A stretch of 62,127 nt of DNA, filler included, from Anaerolineae bacterium (GTDB lineage Bacteria; Chloroflexota; Anaerolineae; Epilineales; Epilineaceae), in assembly GCA_029262755.1 (NCBI GenBank). It is 5 parts of 5 records of this genome, joined end to end, with 100 filler letters (N's around TTAATTAATTAA, not from the genome) between each part and the next. Parts side by side here need not be neighbours in the genome. Positions count along the whole stretch, not along the records: positions 1 to 13,377 come from JAJCYU010000155.1; positions 13,478 to 30,366 come from JAJCYU010000157.1; 3 more parts are not named here. One strand, written 5' to 3'. Below the pieces are notes generated by a model. The model had not been told where the DNA came from and searched no databases. It was given only the letters and a program-made list of their open reading frames with translations. Position numbers and translations under genes: made by a program. Shown here piece after piece: positions 9,338 to 19,323 of the stretch. Position 1 is the stretch's first letter. Each line of letters begins with the position of its first letter.

Positions 9338-10510
9338 GTGTCCCAAGACGCGGTTCTCCCTCCCGACTTGGAGACCTGGCAAGAACTCTTCCGCGCCGGT
9401 ATCGGCATGCGCGATCTTGAGCCCTGGCAGTGGTTGGCCGAAACCGACCTGTTCGGCGTGCGTGATCCTGCTACGGGCGAATTGTGCACCTGCTGCGTGT
9501 TCGGGCAGGGCGGCGACGTGCGTGGTTTGAGCGCCTACCGCGGCGCCGATGGGCTCGACAGCCTCCTGCGCCTGCTCACCGGCGACTTCGATCGCGGCAG
9601 CCCGCTCGACCATCTCGAAGCCTATCTCGGCCAGCATTGTCTGGTCGCGATCTTCGAGACGGATCGCGACCCCGATCCACGCGACGAGGCGATCGCCTCC
9701 CGCATCGGCTTGCACGGTACGGCCGATCTGCCGCGCTTCCGCTCCCACTGGCCGGGCCACGAGCCCTGGTACCTCGACCCCGACGAGGTCACGTTGCTGA
9801 CCCTCGTCCTCGATCAGGCCGTCGATCTGGCACGGCGCGCGCGCGGGCGAAGCACGCTCCTTGAAGCGCCGACCGAAGACGTCCTGCGCGCCCGCGTGCC
9901 CGACCTCACCCTGGACGGCCTCGCCTGGCGCGACGCATGGGTTAGCCCACCACCGGGTGTCGACCTCGACCGCGCCGGCTTCGAGCTGGACGCCACCCGT
10001 CTCCACGCGCTGCGCCGGCTCCCCTACGGCGGTGCCGGCGGACCGCGAACGGGTCGCAGCGGATCCGACCTGCGCGATGCGGGTCGAGCCGGCTCGGATC
10101 CGGTCGATACGCGTCCGGGCAATCCGAGCCCGGGCGAGATCGAGCAGCCGATCTGGGAACTCGATTTCTTCATCTCCGCAACGCCCGTGCAAGACCATCC
10201 CGACGCACGCCCCTACTACCCCTTCATACTCTTGGCCGTCGATCAGGAAAGCGGCCGCGTGGTAGGGGAAGACGCCGTTCCTTACGAGCAGCGGCACAGA
10301 GGACTACGTGAGCTGCTGGTCCGCGCCATGGAAGAGGAGGCGATGCGTCCCGTTGGAATCTGGGCGCGTCGCGATACGATCGCGGACGCACTCTATCCGC
10401 TGGCCTCCTGCGCGGAACTCCACGTCGAGCGCGTCGCGGGCCTACGTGCCATGGACGCTGCCCACCTCATGGCGACCACGGGCGTCGAGGTCGGGGTGGG
10501 CGCGCTATAG
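9338..10510 (+). CDS. Conserved hypothetical protein (DUF6930/DUF7309-like)
   Basis: PWQWLAETDLFGVRDPATGELCTCCVFG N-terminus and RPYYPFILLAVD C-terminal block; SD-like AAAGGTG before the GTG. Family name is from recall only. Confidence 0.65.
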   Translation: MSQDAVLPPDLETWQELFRAGIGMRDLEPWQWLAETDLFGVRDPATGELCTCCVFGQGGDVRGLSAYRGADGLDSLLRLLTGDFDRGSPLDHLEAYLGQHCLVAIFETDRDPDPRDEAIASRIGLHGTADLPRFRSHWPGHEPWYLDPDEVTLLTLVLDQAVDLARRARGRSTLLEAPTEDVLRARVPDLTLDGLAWRDAWVSPPPGVDLDRAGFELDATRLHALRRLPYGGAGGPRTGRSGSDLRDAGRAGSDPVDTRPGNPSPGEIEQPIWELDFFISATPVQDHPDARPYYPFILLAVDQESGRVVGEDAVPYEQRHRGLRELLVRAMEEEAMRPVGIWARRDTIADALYPLASCAELHVERVAGLRAMDAAHLMATTGVEVGVGAL

Positions 10511-10702
10511 CGGTGGTGTCGATCCGCGCCGCCGGCCGCTGCCCCCACGATGTATAGCCCCTGGGAGATCAGACGAACTCACCGACGTCAGCAACAGAGC
10601 ACCCACGCAGCGCGTGCTCTTTCGGCGGCGACTCGCATCCGGTGCCATAGCGTCGGTCTCATTCGCGCCCCGTTGACGACCCAACCAATATCGATTAGGC
10701 TT

Positions 10703-10721
10703 CGAACGCATGTTCTATCCT
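10703..10721 (+). promoter_or_regulatory. Putative LexA (SOS) box abutting a -10 element
   Basis: CGAAC-GCAT-GTTCT, whose last T begins TATCCT (10716-10721), about 30 nt upstream of the ATG at 10750. Confidence 0.6.
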
Positions 10722-10749
10722 CGATCCGATGCACCCTAGGAGTACCGCC

Positions 10750-11130
10750 ATGATTCGCCCCATCCTGGCCGCCGTCGCCGCCTTCGTGCTCAACGCCGTG
10801 CTCGTCCTGGCCACAGACCAGGTCATGGGCATGCTCGCGCCCGATCTCTTCAGCGACCCCAGCAACCCGAGCACCGCCGGCATGCTAATCGGACTCGGCT
10901 ACGGCACCGTCTTCGCCGTCGTCGCCGGCTACGTCGCCGCGATGGCCTCCGGTGGGGCCGCGCAGATGGCGGTACGCATCCTCGCGGGCCTCATCACGGC
11001 CTTCGCCGTCGTGACCTACGTCCAGTATTCCGCGATCCTACCGGCATGGTATTCAATCGGGCTTGCGGTCCTCGGAGTTACCGGCGTGCTGCTGGGTGGT
11101 CGGATCTTCGAGAGCGGCCAGGCGGGCTGA
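10750..11130 (+). CDS. Small four-TM membrane protein, hypothetical
   Basis: Four hydrophobic segments, PAWY motif, AGGAG SD upstream. Confidence 0.75.
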   Translation: MIRPILAAVAAFVLNAVLVLATDQVMGMLAPDLFSDPSNPSTAGMLIGLGYGTVFAVVAGYVAAMASGGAAQMAVRILAGLITAFAVVTYVQYSAILPAWYSIGLAVLGVTGVLLGGRIFESGQAG

Positions 11131-11225
11131 GGGCTCGTCAAGCCGAACCGGATGCGGGGCACGACGTCTCCCGGTACCACCGCGCGCAAGCGCGCTTGCC
11201 CATCTGGCCGCCTCGGCACGCATCT

Positions 11226-11654
11226 TCAGCGCGATGTCCACGCGTCGCGATCGGCAAGCCGAACGACGAAGCGGAGGCCGGACCAGGTCTCGTCGATCGC
11301 GCATGTCTTGTTGTCGACGAGGCCGTAGGACAGGCCGAGCGCGCGTACGGCGCCGTCCGAGAGATCGGTCGGACGGCGCGAGGCCTGCTTGGGCCAGCCC
11401 ACCCACAGGCCGCCGTTCACGGCCAGACGCGCCATCGCGTCTTCGAATCGGCGGGCGAGCACGGTCTCGCGCTCCGCGAAGAGCACGATCACGTCGAAGG
11501 GGCCCTTGCCGCGCAGGCCGTGGCGCAAGGTCACGGCGTCGGGCAGGCCTTCGAGCGTCTGCTCGAAATCGGGCGGGGCGTTGAGCAGGGCGACGAGATG
11601 ACCGTGCTTGATGCCCAGCTTCTTCGCAAGGGGCGTTCCCGAATAACCGGCCAT
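11226..11654 (-). CDS. DUF3052 family protein
   Basis: MAGYSGTPLAKKLGIK...LWVGWPK...GLVDNKTCAIDETWSGLRF; GGAGG SD. Confidence 0.88.
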   Translation of the reverse strand: MAGYSGTPLAKKLGIKHGHLVALLNAPPDFEQTLEGLPDAVTLRHGLRGKGPFDVIVLFAERETVLARRFEDAMARLAVNGGLWVGWPKQASRRPTDLSDGAVRALGLSYGLVDNKTCAIDETWSGLRFVVRLADRDAWTSR

Positions 11655-11885
11655 GGCGGCTTGTCCTCCCGACGGTGGCGTGATTGTCGTCGACGACCCT
11701 GTGCGGCCGCCATCTAGAATACGGCCGAATCGAACATGCTGCCCGACCGAGCATGCTGCCCGACTGATTACAGTGCCCGCTCGAACGCGGCGCCCGCACG
11801 AACATACTACCCTTTGGTGACGCCCGTTCGCCACGGCCTCCCGACCGGTTTGCAAACCGCCACCGGTCTACCCCCGGAGCCGCCC

Positions 11886-12968
11886 GTGTCCCGGTCCATG
11901 CCCGCCTCGGCCGCCGTATCGGTCGCCCCCGCGCTCGCGCCCTCCGCCCCCCTCGCCCCGGCCGTCCCAGTTCCCGTGCCCGCACCGACCTCCGCATCGT
12001 TCGGGTCGGGCGGCGAAGGTTCCTCCTCCCCTCCCCAGGGAGGTGGTACGGGTGGCGCGGACAGCGGGAGTTCCTTGCCCTTGGGCGGCGTCGCGCATCT
12101 GGCCGTGCTCTACGTGGCTTGGAGTACGACCTATCTCGCGATCCGGGTGGCCGTACGCGCGGGCAGCGGGTTTCCGCCCTTCTACATGAGCGGCACCCGC
12201 CTGCTGGCCGCCGGCCCGTTCTTGCTGTTGATCGCGATCGTGCTGCGGCGCAGCCTGCGGGTGTCCCGGCGTGACTGGGGCACGATCGTGGGCGCCGGCT
12301 TGCTGCTTTGGATCGGCGGCAACGGCCTGGTCACGTGGGCCGAGCAATTCGCGGAGTCCGCGTACGCGGCGCTGCTCATCGGCGCCATGCCGATCTGGAC
12401 GTCGGTGATCGAAGCCGTGCTCGACCGGACCTGGCCGTCGCCGCGTCTGGCGCTCGCGCAGGCGATCGGCTTCGCGGGCGTGGCCGTGTTGACGATCCCC
12501 GAGCTACGCGTCGCGGAGGGCAGCGATCTCCTGGCGGTCTTCGCGCTGCTCGTGGCGCCGATCTCGTGGGGCGCGGGCGCCGTGCTCCAGGGGCGACGCA
12601 AGATCGAGGCGGCGCCGTTGGCCAGTGCGGGCTTCCAGCAGCTGGTGGGCGGCTTCGCCTTCATCCTGATCGCCCTGGCGGTCGGCGAGCCGGCGCCCGA
12701 CCCGACGCCCGTCGCGTGGGGCGGCTGGGCCTACCTGGTCTTCGTAGGCGGCTTGGCGTTCGTGAGCTTCACCGAGGCGCTGCGGCTACTGCCGACGCGA
12801 ATCGTGATGACCTACGCCTACGTCAACCCCGTCGGCGCCGCGCTGCTCGGCTGGTGGCTGCTGGATGAGCGGATCACGTGGTGGACCGTAGCCGGCGCCG
12901 CACTGGTGGTCGCGGGCGTCGCCGGCGTCTTCCGCGAACGCTACGCCAAAGGGCCCGTCAAGCGATAG
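11886..12968 (+). CDS. EamA/DMT family transporter (YedA-like)
   Basis: WSTTYLAIR and TYAYVNPV motifs, about 10 TM helices. Start approximate. Confidence 0.9.
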   Translation: MSRSMPASAAVSVAPALAPSAPLAPAVPVPVPAPTSASFGSGGEGSSSPPQGGGTGGADSGSSLPLGGVAHLAVLYVAWSTTYLAIRVAVRAGSGFPPFYMSGTRLLAAGPFLLLIAIVLRRSLRVSRRDWGTIVGAGLLLWIGGNGLVTWAEQFAESAYAALLIGAMPIWTSVIEAVLDRTWPSPRLALAQAIGFAGVAVLTIPELRVAEGSDLLAVFALLVAPISWGAGAVLQGRRKIEAAPLASAGFQQLVGGFAFILIALAVGEPAPDPTPVAWGGWAYLVFVGGLAFVSFTEALRLLPTRIVMTYAYVNPVGAALLGWWLLDERITWWTVAGAALVVAGVAGVFRERYAKGPVKR

Positions 12969-13114
12969 GAGGCTGCTACCGAGGGCGCAGCTTGGCGGTT
13001 CCCGTGGGTCGCGGTGACGAGGTAGTGGCAGCGCCATTGCCGAAGAGCAGCGGAGCGCTGGGGCAGTCTAGCCGTGGCCGAATAGCGCCTGGTATTGCTT
13101 CCTCTCTACGAGCC
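12951..13114 (+). repeat. Long copy of a dispersed MITE-like repeat, containing the EamA stop codon
   Basis: 26/33 identity to the left end of 53797-53867 and an exact 17-nt match (GTGGCCGAATAGCGCCT) to its right half; colinear with 49474-49546. Confidence 0.65.
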
Positions 13115-13210
13115 ACCGGCACGGCGCATTGGCTCCCTCACTACCCCATCTCAAAGCTAGTTGGACTACTAGCCCGTCGCTCGGCGCACGACGACTTCGG
13201 CGCACGACGA

Positions 13211-13377
13211 CTAACGGCGTGTCGCCCGCTTCTTCGCCCGGCGCAGACGGCTGAACGTGTCCTCCTCGGCCGGCTCCAGGGCCGGGGATGAGGACGAGGA
13301 CGAGCCCGCGGCATCGGGCGATGCGGCGCGCGGATCCGGCGGTTCGCCGGGCGCGGCGCCGCTCGTGCCGCGTGTTT
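13211..13377 (-). CDS. C-terminal fragment of a gene cut by the contig end
   Basis: Open frame ...PALEPAEEDTFSRLRRAKKRATRR* ending at 13211, resembling the basic tails of Chloroflexota VWA-type membrane proteins (recall). Confidence 0.5.
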
Positions 13378-13477
13378 NNNNNNNNNNNNNNNNNNNNNNN
13401 NNNNNNNNNNNNNNNNNNNNNTTAATTAATTAANNNNNNNNNNNNNNNNNNNNNNNNNNNNNNNNNNNNNNNNNNNN
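13378..13477. other. Artificial contig spacer
   Basis: N44-TTAATTAATTAA-N44, giving stops in all six frames. Confidence 0.98.
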
Positions 13478-15064
13478 GGACTCGGCGCGCAGCTCTTCGG
13501 GGCGGATGTTGTGACGGATGTGCTTTCGACCATGGATGGGGCAGGGCTGTCGCACGCGCGGGTGCAGGTGCAGTGGCGCTGGATCGAGCCCGCCGACGTC
13601 AGCCCGCCGCTGCGCCATTGGGGCGGCATCGATCCGCTGGTTCAACGACTCGATGCAGAGGGAATCGGGGCGCACCTGAACTTGCTCGGCAATCCGGATT
13701 GGGCCGCAAGTACGGCCTGCGGGCCGGTCGACATCGCGCCGCTCGTTCGCTGGCGGGACTTCGTGGAGGCGATCGTCGAACGCTACGACGCGGACGGCGT
13801 TGCGGACGCCCCCGGCTCACCGCGGGTCGATCGCTGGGAGATCGGCAACGAGCCTGACTTTGCCCCGTCGCGGGATACGACCAGCGAAGGCAACTACGGC
13901 AGTTGCTTCGGCGACGGCGACGCGGACGCGTTCGGCGATCTGCTGCGCGCCGCTTGGCAGGGTGCGAAGGCGGCCGACGCCACCGCGGAGCTGGTCTTCG
14001 GAGGGGTGGCGCACGACCGTTTCTACAACGGGCCCGGCTATCCGCCCGGCAACGCGGGGCCTTTCGACTACGACTTCGTAGGGGACGTGCTCGACCACCT
14101 CTACAGCAGCTATGGGCATGAGCCGGACTTCCCGTTCGCCGACGCAATCGGCATCCATGTGTACAACGATTTCCGTACGTATTGGGACGGGACGGCGCCG
14201 TTTGAGCAGGAGCTGGTCGGCAAGGTCGCCCGCTTCCGAACGCAGCAGCTACACGCACCCGGTGAATACGATCTGCGTGGATATCCGATCGCCGTGACCG
14301 AGGTGTCGTTGCCGAGCCTTCCGGCCGATCCGTGGACTTATCGGGACGAAGCGGTGCAGGCGCATTACCCCGGTCGCGTTCTGGCGCGCGCCGCGGCCGC
14401 CGGCGTCGATTCCGTGACCTGGTTCTCGGTTGAGGACCATCGTATCGGTCGATGTGACGATGCGCTCGGCTACTCCTGGCTGGCCGTCGGCCTGCTACGC
14501 GCGCAGGCGGTATTCGACGCGCTGCAGGCTTGCGTGCCCGTGCCGGACTATGGTGCGGGCTATGCGGTCACACAGCCGCATGAGCCCAAACCGGCCTTGG
14601 ATGCGGCGGCCGTCGCGCTCGAGCAGATGGCAGGGCTGCGCTATGACCGTCAACTCGAAAGGGCCGAGACGGGCAACGTACGCATCGAGGCGCACAGGCT
14701 GCTTGATGCGGGTGGCTCGGGCCTGCTCGTCGCCTTTACCGACACGGGCTATCGGATCGGGCATCGGAGCCATCCGGACGTGACGCGGATCCTTTCGGTC
14801 GACGCCGAATTGCTGCCGGGGTGGACAGGCGCGATCGCGGTAACCGATCACCTTGGCTCGACGTCCATTCTTACAGGCACGGCCATCAACGTGACGCTCG
14901 GCCAGGCCCCACGCTACATCCGGCCCCATGGTGAGCCCCCTGTGGCCGGTCGTGTACAAGGATGCCCCGCAGACCGGTGGAGGACTTGCGGATGCCTACC
15001 ACGGGGGTATTATTGCATTAACGCATCGGCTGAGAGCCTGTATGCAGTAGGCTTGCCAAGGTGA
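13478..15064 (+). CDS. Clan GH-A-like glycoside hydrolase domain, 5'-truncated (continuation of 53923-55261)
   Basis: WEIGNEPD acid/base and IAVTEVS nucleophile motifs; frame is open from the contig start ([11 protein letters not shown]...). Confidence 0.8.
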   Translation, partial: GLGAQLFGADVVTDVLSTMDGAGLSHARVQVQWRWIEPADVSPPLRHWGGIDPLVQRLDAEGIGAHLNLLGNPDWAASTACGPVDIAPLVRWRDFVEAIVERYDADGVADAPGSPRVDRWEIGNEPDFAPSRDTTSEGNYGSCFGDGDADAFGDLLRAAWQGAKAADATAELVFGGVAHDRFYNGPGYPPGNAGPFDYDFVGDVLDHLYSSYGHEPDFPFADAIGIHVYNDFRTYWDGTAPFEQELVGKVARFRTQQLHAPGEYDLRGYPIAVTEVSLPSLPADPWTYRDEAVQAHYPGRVLARAAAAGVDSVTWFSVEDHRIGRCDDALGYSWLAVGLLRAQAVFDALQACVPVPDYGAGYAVTQPHEPKPALDAAAVALEQMAGLRYDRQLERAETGNVRIEAHRLLDAGGSGLLVAFTDTGYRIGHRSHPDVTRILSVDAELLPGWTGAIAVTDHLGSTSILTGTAINVTLGQAPRYIRPHGEPPVAGRVQGCPADRWRTCGCLPRGYYCINASAESLYAVGLPR

Positions 15065-15218
15065 CCGAGGACCACCGACGCACGCGTACCGTGAAGCATT
15101 GGCACTCAGATCCGTCGATGCATCGCCCGGCGTCCCCACCCTGGGCTCGCCCGCTAACGCGGGACCTGTGCAGTACGTTGGGCGGACGCTCCGGCATGCT
15201 ACGACACGCGGATTCAAG

Positions 15219-18200
15219 ATGAGCAGGACGAGATGCACGCTGCTGCTGACCGGCCTTGTGTCGTTGTTGGCGGTGCAAGCGATCACAACGTTGCGCTTCG
15301 CGCCCGCGCCGGCCACGGCCGCCCCGGGCGATCGGTCCTGTCTTTACCTTCCGCTCTCCAACCGGGGCGTCGGCGTGGCCGACACGGCCCCTGACCCCAT
15401 CGGCGATCCGGCTCCGAGCCCCGATCCCGACCAAGGCGAGGAAACCGACCCCCCGACCGGCCCGCGCGCATCCGACGATTGCGCCGCCGCCGTCGCGCCT
15501 TCGCCGACCACGACTCCGGACCCGCTCGCCACCCAAGCGCCGACGCCCGGCCCCGCGACCGCAACGGTCCTCGCGCTGACCGCGACGAGCACGCCGACGC
15601 CCGCGACCGGCCCCGAAGCGAGCGCGACGCCGGATCCATCGAGCACGCAGGACCCACCGAGCACGCAGGACCCGCTGAGCACGGACGAGCCGACGCCCGG
15701 CCCCGCGACCGCAACGGTCCTCGCGCTGACCGCGACGAGCACGCCGACGCCCGCGTCCGGCCCCGAAGCGAGCGCGACGCCGAATCCATCGAGCACGCAG
15801 GACCCATCGAGCACGGACGAGCCGACGCCCGGCCCCGCGACCGCAACGGTCCTCGCGCTCACCGCGACGAGCACGCCGCTGGTGATACCAACGACGCCCC
15901 TGGAGCCGGTGCCCACCGCTACCGGCGAAGGGCCGGAGCCGACACGCGCTTCCTACCCCGGCCCGGCGACGCGCGTCGCGACGTCCGTGGTCACGGTGGC
16001 CCCCGGCACGCCGCGAACCCCGACGCCGACACCTCCGGTTAGCCCGACGTCCCCGGTCAGCCCGACACCTACCGTCCTCGTGGGGCCACCGGCGCCACAG
16101 CCGACGGCGGACGGTAGTCCGGAGGCCACCCCGCCGCGTCCGCCTGTGGTGTTGACCCGCGTCGCGACGTCCGTCGTGACGGTGGTCGCACGGACCGGGA
16201 CGCCCACGGCCCCGACAACTGCGACCGCCACTGCAACGCGGACGTCGAGCCCGAGCGCCACGATCGTGGTCGTCGGCACCGATGTGGCGACAGCGGCCGT
16301 TACCGTTGGGCCGCCCGTCCCCTCCGCCTCCGCAACGCGCACGCGCACCGCGACGGCCACCGCGACGCGCACGGCGAGCCCGAGTGCGACCGTCGTGGCC
16401 GTCGGCACAGACGTCGCGACGTCCGTCGTTACGTTGGGACCGCCCGCCCCCGCTACCGCAACGCGCACAGCGACGGCCCTCGCCACCGCAACACGCACGC
16501 GCACGGCGACGGCCACCGCGACGCGCACAGCGAGCCCGAGCGCGACCGTCGTGATCGTCGGCACCGATATCGCGACGTCCGTCGTCACGTTGGGACCGCC
16601 TGCGCCAACGAGCACCCCAACGCGCACGGCGACCCAACCCGCGACGTCGACCGCGACATCGACCGCGACGCGGACCCGCACCGCTACGGCCACTCGAACG
16701 GCAACGGCGACGCCCGTGGTCGTCGGAACGGATATCGCGACCGCGGAGGTCACGTTGGTGGCGCCGACCGGCACGACCACCCCGACCGCATCGCGCACCG
16801 CCACGCCGACCCGGACGCCCACCGCAACCGCCACCGGTACGGCCACCCAAACCGCGACACCGACCGTGACCGCAACGGCCACGACGACACCGACCCGCAC
16901 GGCATCGCCCACGACCACGCCCTCCCCGACCGCGACGCGCACGCCGACGGCCACCGGTACGGCCACCCGAACCGCAACGGCGACCGCCACCGCGACATCG
17001 AGCGCTACGCCGACGATCACGCCGACCGGCACCGCGACCGCCACGCGGACCGCCACGCCGTCGCCGACCCGCACCGCAACCGCGAGCACCACGCCGACCC
17101 CGAGCGCAACGGCGACCGCAACCAATACCGCGACCGCGAGCGCGACGGCCACCAGCACGTCGACACCGACCAACACCGCGACGTCCACCGCGACCGCGAC
17201 GGCCACGCAGACGCCGACGAGCACGGCCACGCCGACCGCGACGTCCACCGCGACCGCGAGCGCAACCGCCACGCTGACGCCGACCCCGACCAACACCGCG
17301 ACGGCCACGGCGACCGCGACGACGACGCAGACACCGACGAGCACGGCCACGCCGACCACGACGTCCACCGCGACCGCGAGCGCGACCGCGACGCTGACCC
17401 CGACCCCGACCAACACCGCGACGGCCACGGCGACCGCGACGACGACGCAGACACCGACGAGCACGGCCACGCCGACCACGACGTCGACCCCGACCGCGAG
17501 CGCAACCGCCACGCTGACGCCGACCCCGACCAACACCGCAACAGCCACCGCCACCGCGACGGCCACGCAGACGGCGACCGTCACGCCGACGGCAAGCAAT
17601 ACGCCGACGCCGACCGCCACGGCGACGCCGACGGTCAAGGTGCGTGCGAACACGTTGATGGGAGCGCAATTCCTGGAGCACGACGGCACGCCCGAAGCGC
17701 TGGAGACCTTGGGTGACGCGCATATCAAGTTCGCGCGCCTGCAGGCCCAGTGGCGCTTCATCGAGTTCAATGACTTCGGCGGGCTGTTCTACAACTGGTT
17801 CGGGTTGGATCAGGTAATCACGGGGCTCGTCGACCGCGGCTTTACGCCGGTGGTCAACGTGCTGCGCAACCCCGACTGGGCAGCCACGACCGTTTGCGGA
17901 CCCGTCGATATCGCGCCGCTCAGCCGCTACGGCGACTTCATCGAGGCGATGGTCGAGCGCTACGACGGCGACGGTATCAACGATGCGCCGGGTTCTCCGC
18001 GGGTGACCTATTGGGAGGTCGCCAACGAGCAGGACTACGATGTCCAGGCGCCGGGCGGCACGCAGCAGGAGGGCGATGACATCGGCAGCTGCTTCGGCGG
18101 CGCGGAGGCCGACGAGTACGGCGAGATGCTCCGCGAGGCCTTCCAGCGTGCGAAGATCTCGGACCCGACCTCGCAGATCATGTTCGGCAGCCTGGCCTTT

Positions 18201-19139
18201 GACCGGCTATCGGATGGCCGATGCCCGGGCGGAACGACCTGCCCCTTCGACCCGAACCTGACCTCGAACGCACTCGAGCACCTGTACGATACGTACTTGG
18301 TTCCCGGCGTCGACAGCGATTTCCCCTACTTCGACCTTGTGGGCATCCACGTCTTCAACGATTTCCGGAACTTCTGGGACGGCGTGCGTCCCTTCGATCA
18401 GGAGATGATCGGCAAGGTCCAGATCTTCCGCGACGAAGAGCTCCAGGTAGCGGGCAAATTCGACCTGCGCGGCTCGCGTATCGCGATCACGGAGTTCTCG
18501 ATCGCAAGCATGCCTGCCGATCCGTTCACCGATCGAAACGAGGACCTGCAGGCGGTCTATCCCGGCCAGGGGCTGATCCGTGCTATGGCAGCGGGGGTCG
18601 AGATGGCGATCTGGTTCTCCGCGGAGGACCATCGCATCGGCAGCGGCTGTTCGGACGCCAACCGCTTCGAGTGGCTGGCATGGGGACTTCTCCGCTCGCA
18701 GATCGTCTACGATGCGATTCAAGACCTATGCGACCCCGTGCCGTCCTGGCTGGCCGACTACCAGGTCAGTGCGCCGCACGAACCCAAGCCGGCCCTCGAC
18801 GCCGCGCGCACGGCCTCGGCGCAGCTGGCATGCAGCACCTACGACCGGCAGCTGGAGAACTTCGAGACCGGCAGTAGCGCCATCGAAGCCCACCGCTTCG
18901 TCGAGGCCGACGGGGCCTACATCATCGGCGCCTTCACCGACACCGGGGAGCGCATCGGACGCGTAGGGACCGCACCGCTGACCCGCACGATGAACTTCAA
19001 CAGCATCGTGCTGCCCGGCTGGACGGGCTCGATCCTCGTGACCGATCACCTGGGCAACCAACAGGTGCTCAACGGCACGACGATCAACGTAGAGCTGACG
19101 CAAGCGCCGACCTACGTCCGGGTAGCGCCCGCGCCGTAG
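15219..19139 (+). CDS. Secreted Thr/Pro-rich stalk protein with a C-terminal clan GH-A-like hydrolase domain
   Basis: Signal peptide, CLYLPLSNR motif, about 750 aa T/P/A-rich region, WEVANEQD and IAITEFS motifs; colinear paralog of the upstream domain. Confidence 0.85.
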   Translation: MSRTRCTLLLTGLVSLLAVQAITTLRFAPAPATAAPGDRSCLYLPLSNRGVGVADTAPDPIGDPAPSPDPDQGEETDPPTGPRASDDCAAAVAPSPTTTPDPLATQAPTPGPATATVLALTATSTPTPATGPEASATPDPSSTQDPPSTQDPLSTDEPTPGPATATVLALTATSTPTPASGPEASATPNPSSTQDPSSTDEPTPGPATATVLALTATSTPLVIPTTPLEPVPTATGEGPEPTRASYPGPATRVATSVVTVAPGTPRTPTPTPPVSPTSPVSPTPTVLVGPPAPQPTADGSPEATPPRPPVVLTRVATSVVTVVARTGTPTAPTTATATATRTSSPSATIVVVGTDVATAAVTVGPPVPSASATRTRTATATATRTASPSATVVAVGTDVATSVVTLGPPAPATATRTATALATATRTRTATATATRTASPSATVVIVGTDIATSVVTLGPPAPTSTPTRTATQPATSTATSTATRTRTATATRTATATPVVVGTDIATAEVTLVAPTGTTTPTASRTATPTRTPTATATGTATQTATPTVTATATTTPTRTASPTTTPSPTATRTPTATGTATRTATATATATSSATPTITPTGTATATRTATPSPTRTATASTTPTPSATATATNTATASATATSTSTPTNTATSTATATATQTPTSTATPTATSTATASATATLTPTPTNTATATATATTTQTPTSTATPTTTSTATASATATLTPTPTNTATATATATTTQTPTSTATPTTTSTPTASATATLTPTPTNTATATATATATQTATVTPTASNTPTPTATATPTVKVRANTLMGAQFLEHDGTPEALETLGDAHIKFARLQAQWRFIEFNDFGGLFYNWFGLDQVITGLVDRGFTPVVNVLRNPDWAATTVCGPVDIAPLSRYGDFIEAMVERYDGDGINDAPGSPRVTYWEVANEQDYDVQAPGGTQQEGDDIGSCFGGAEADEYGEMLREAFQRAKISDPTSQIMFGSLAFDRLSDGRCPGGTTCPFDPNLTSNALEHLYDTYLVPGVDSDFPYFDLVGIHVFNDFRNFWDGVRPFDQEMIGKVQIFRDEELQVAGKFDLRGSRIAITEFSIASMPADPFTDRNEDLQAVYPGQGLIRAMAAGVEMAIWFSAEDHRIGSGCSDANRFEWLAWGLLRSQIVYDAIQDLCDPVPSWLADYQVSAPHEPKPALDAARTASAQLACSTYDRQLENFETGSSAIEAHRFVEADGAYIIGAFTDTGERIGRVGTAPLTRTMNFNSIVLPGWTGSILVTDHLGNQQVLNGTTINVELTQAPTYVRVAPAP
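15540..17630 (+). repeat. Intragenic repeats encoding a mucin-like stalk
   Basis: Three [19 protein letters not shown] units, four VVGTD[VI]AT units, and about three 120-bp tandem units near 17200-17560. Confidence 0.85.
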
Positions 19140-19323
19140 TCTTCGCCCGGCTGCGGTGCGGGCAACGAGCGACGGGAATGGTCGCCGGTAGTTGGTAGAC
19201 CTCGTGGCGGTCGATGTGGCGCCGGTCGACGTTCGATGCAATGGCGGTCGATGTCGCGCCGGTCGCCGGTCGCCGGTCGACGTGGTTGGCGATGGCCCCG
19301 TGTTTGTTCTACACGTGGTAGGC

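Noticed and set aside
8984..10297. 437-aa minus-strand ORF
   Set aside because: Overlaps the better-supported plus-strand gene 9338-10510.
13378..13477. TTAATTAATTAA palindrome repeated four times in the window
   Set aside because: Embedded in identical N runs; an artificial six-frame-stop linker. Adjacency across these spacers is not biological.
15018..17770. Long antisense ORFs (901 aa Arg/Gly-rich; 605 aa Val/Ala-rich)
   Set aside because: Shadow frames of the Thr/Pro stalk in high-GC DNA.
19205..19283. Degenerate 24-bp duplication and CCGGTCG triplet between convergent genes
   Set aside because: Short GC-rich slippage repeats with no further structure.
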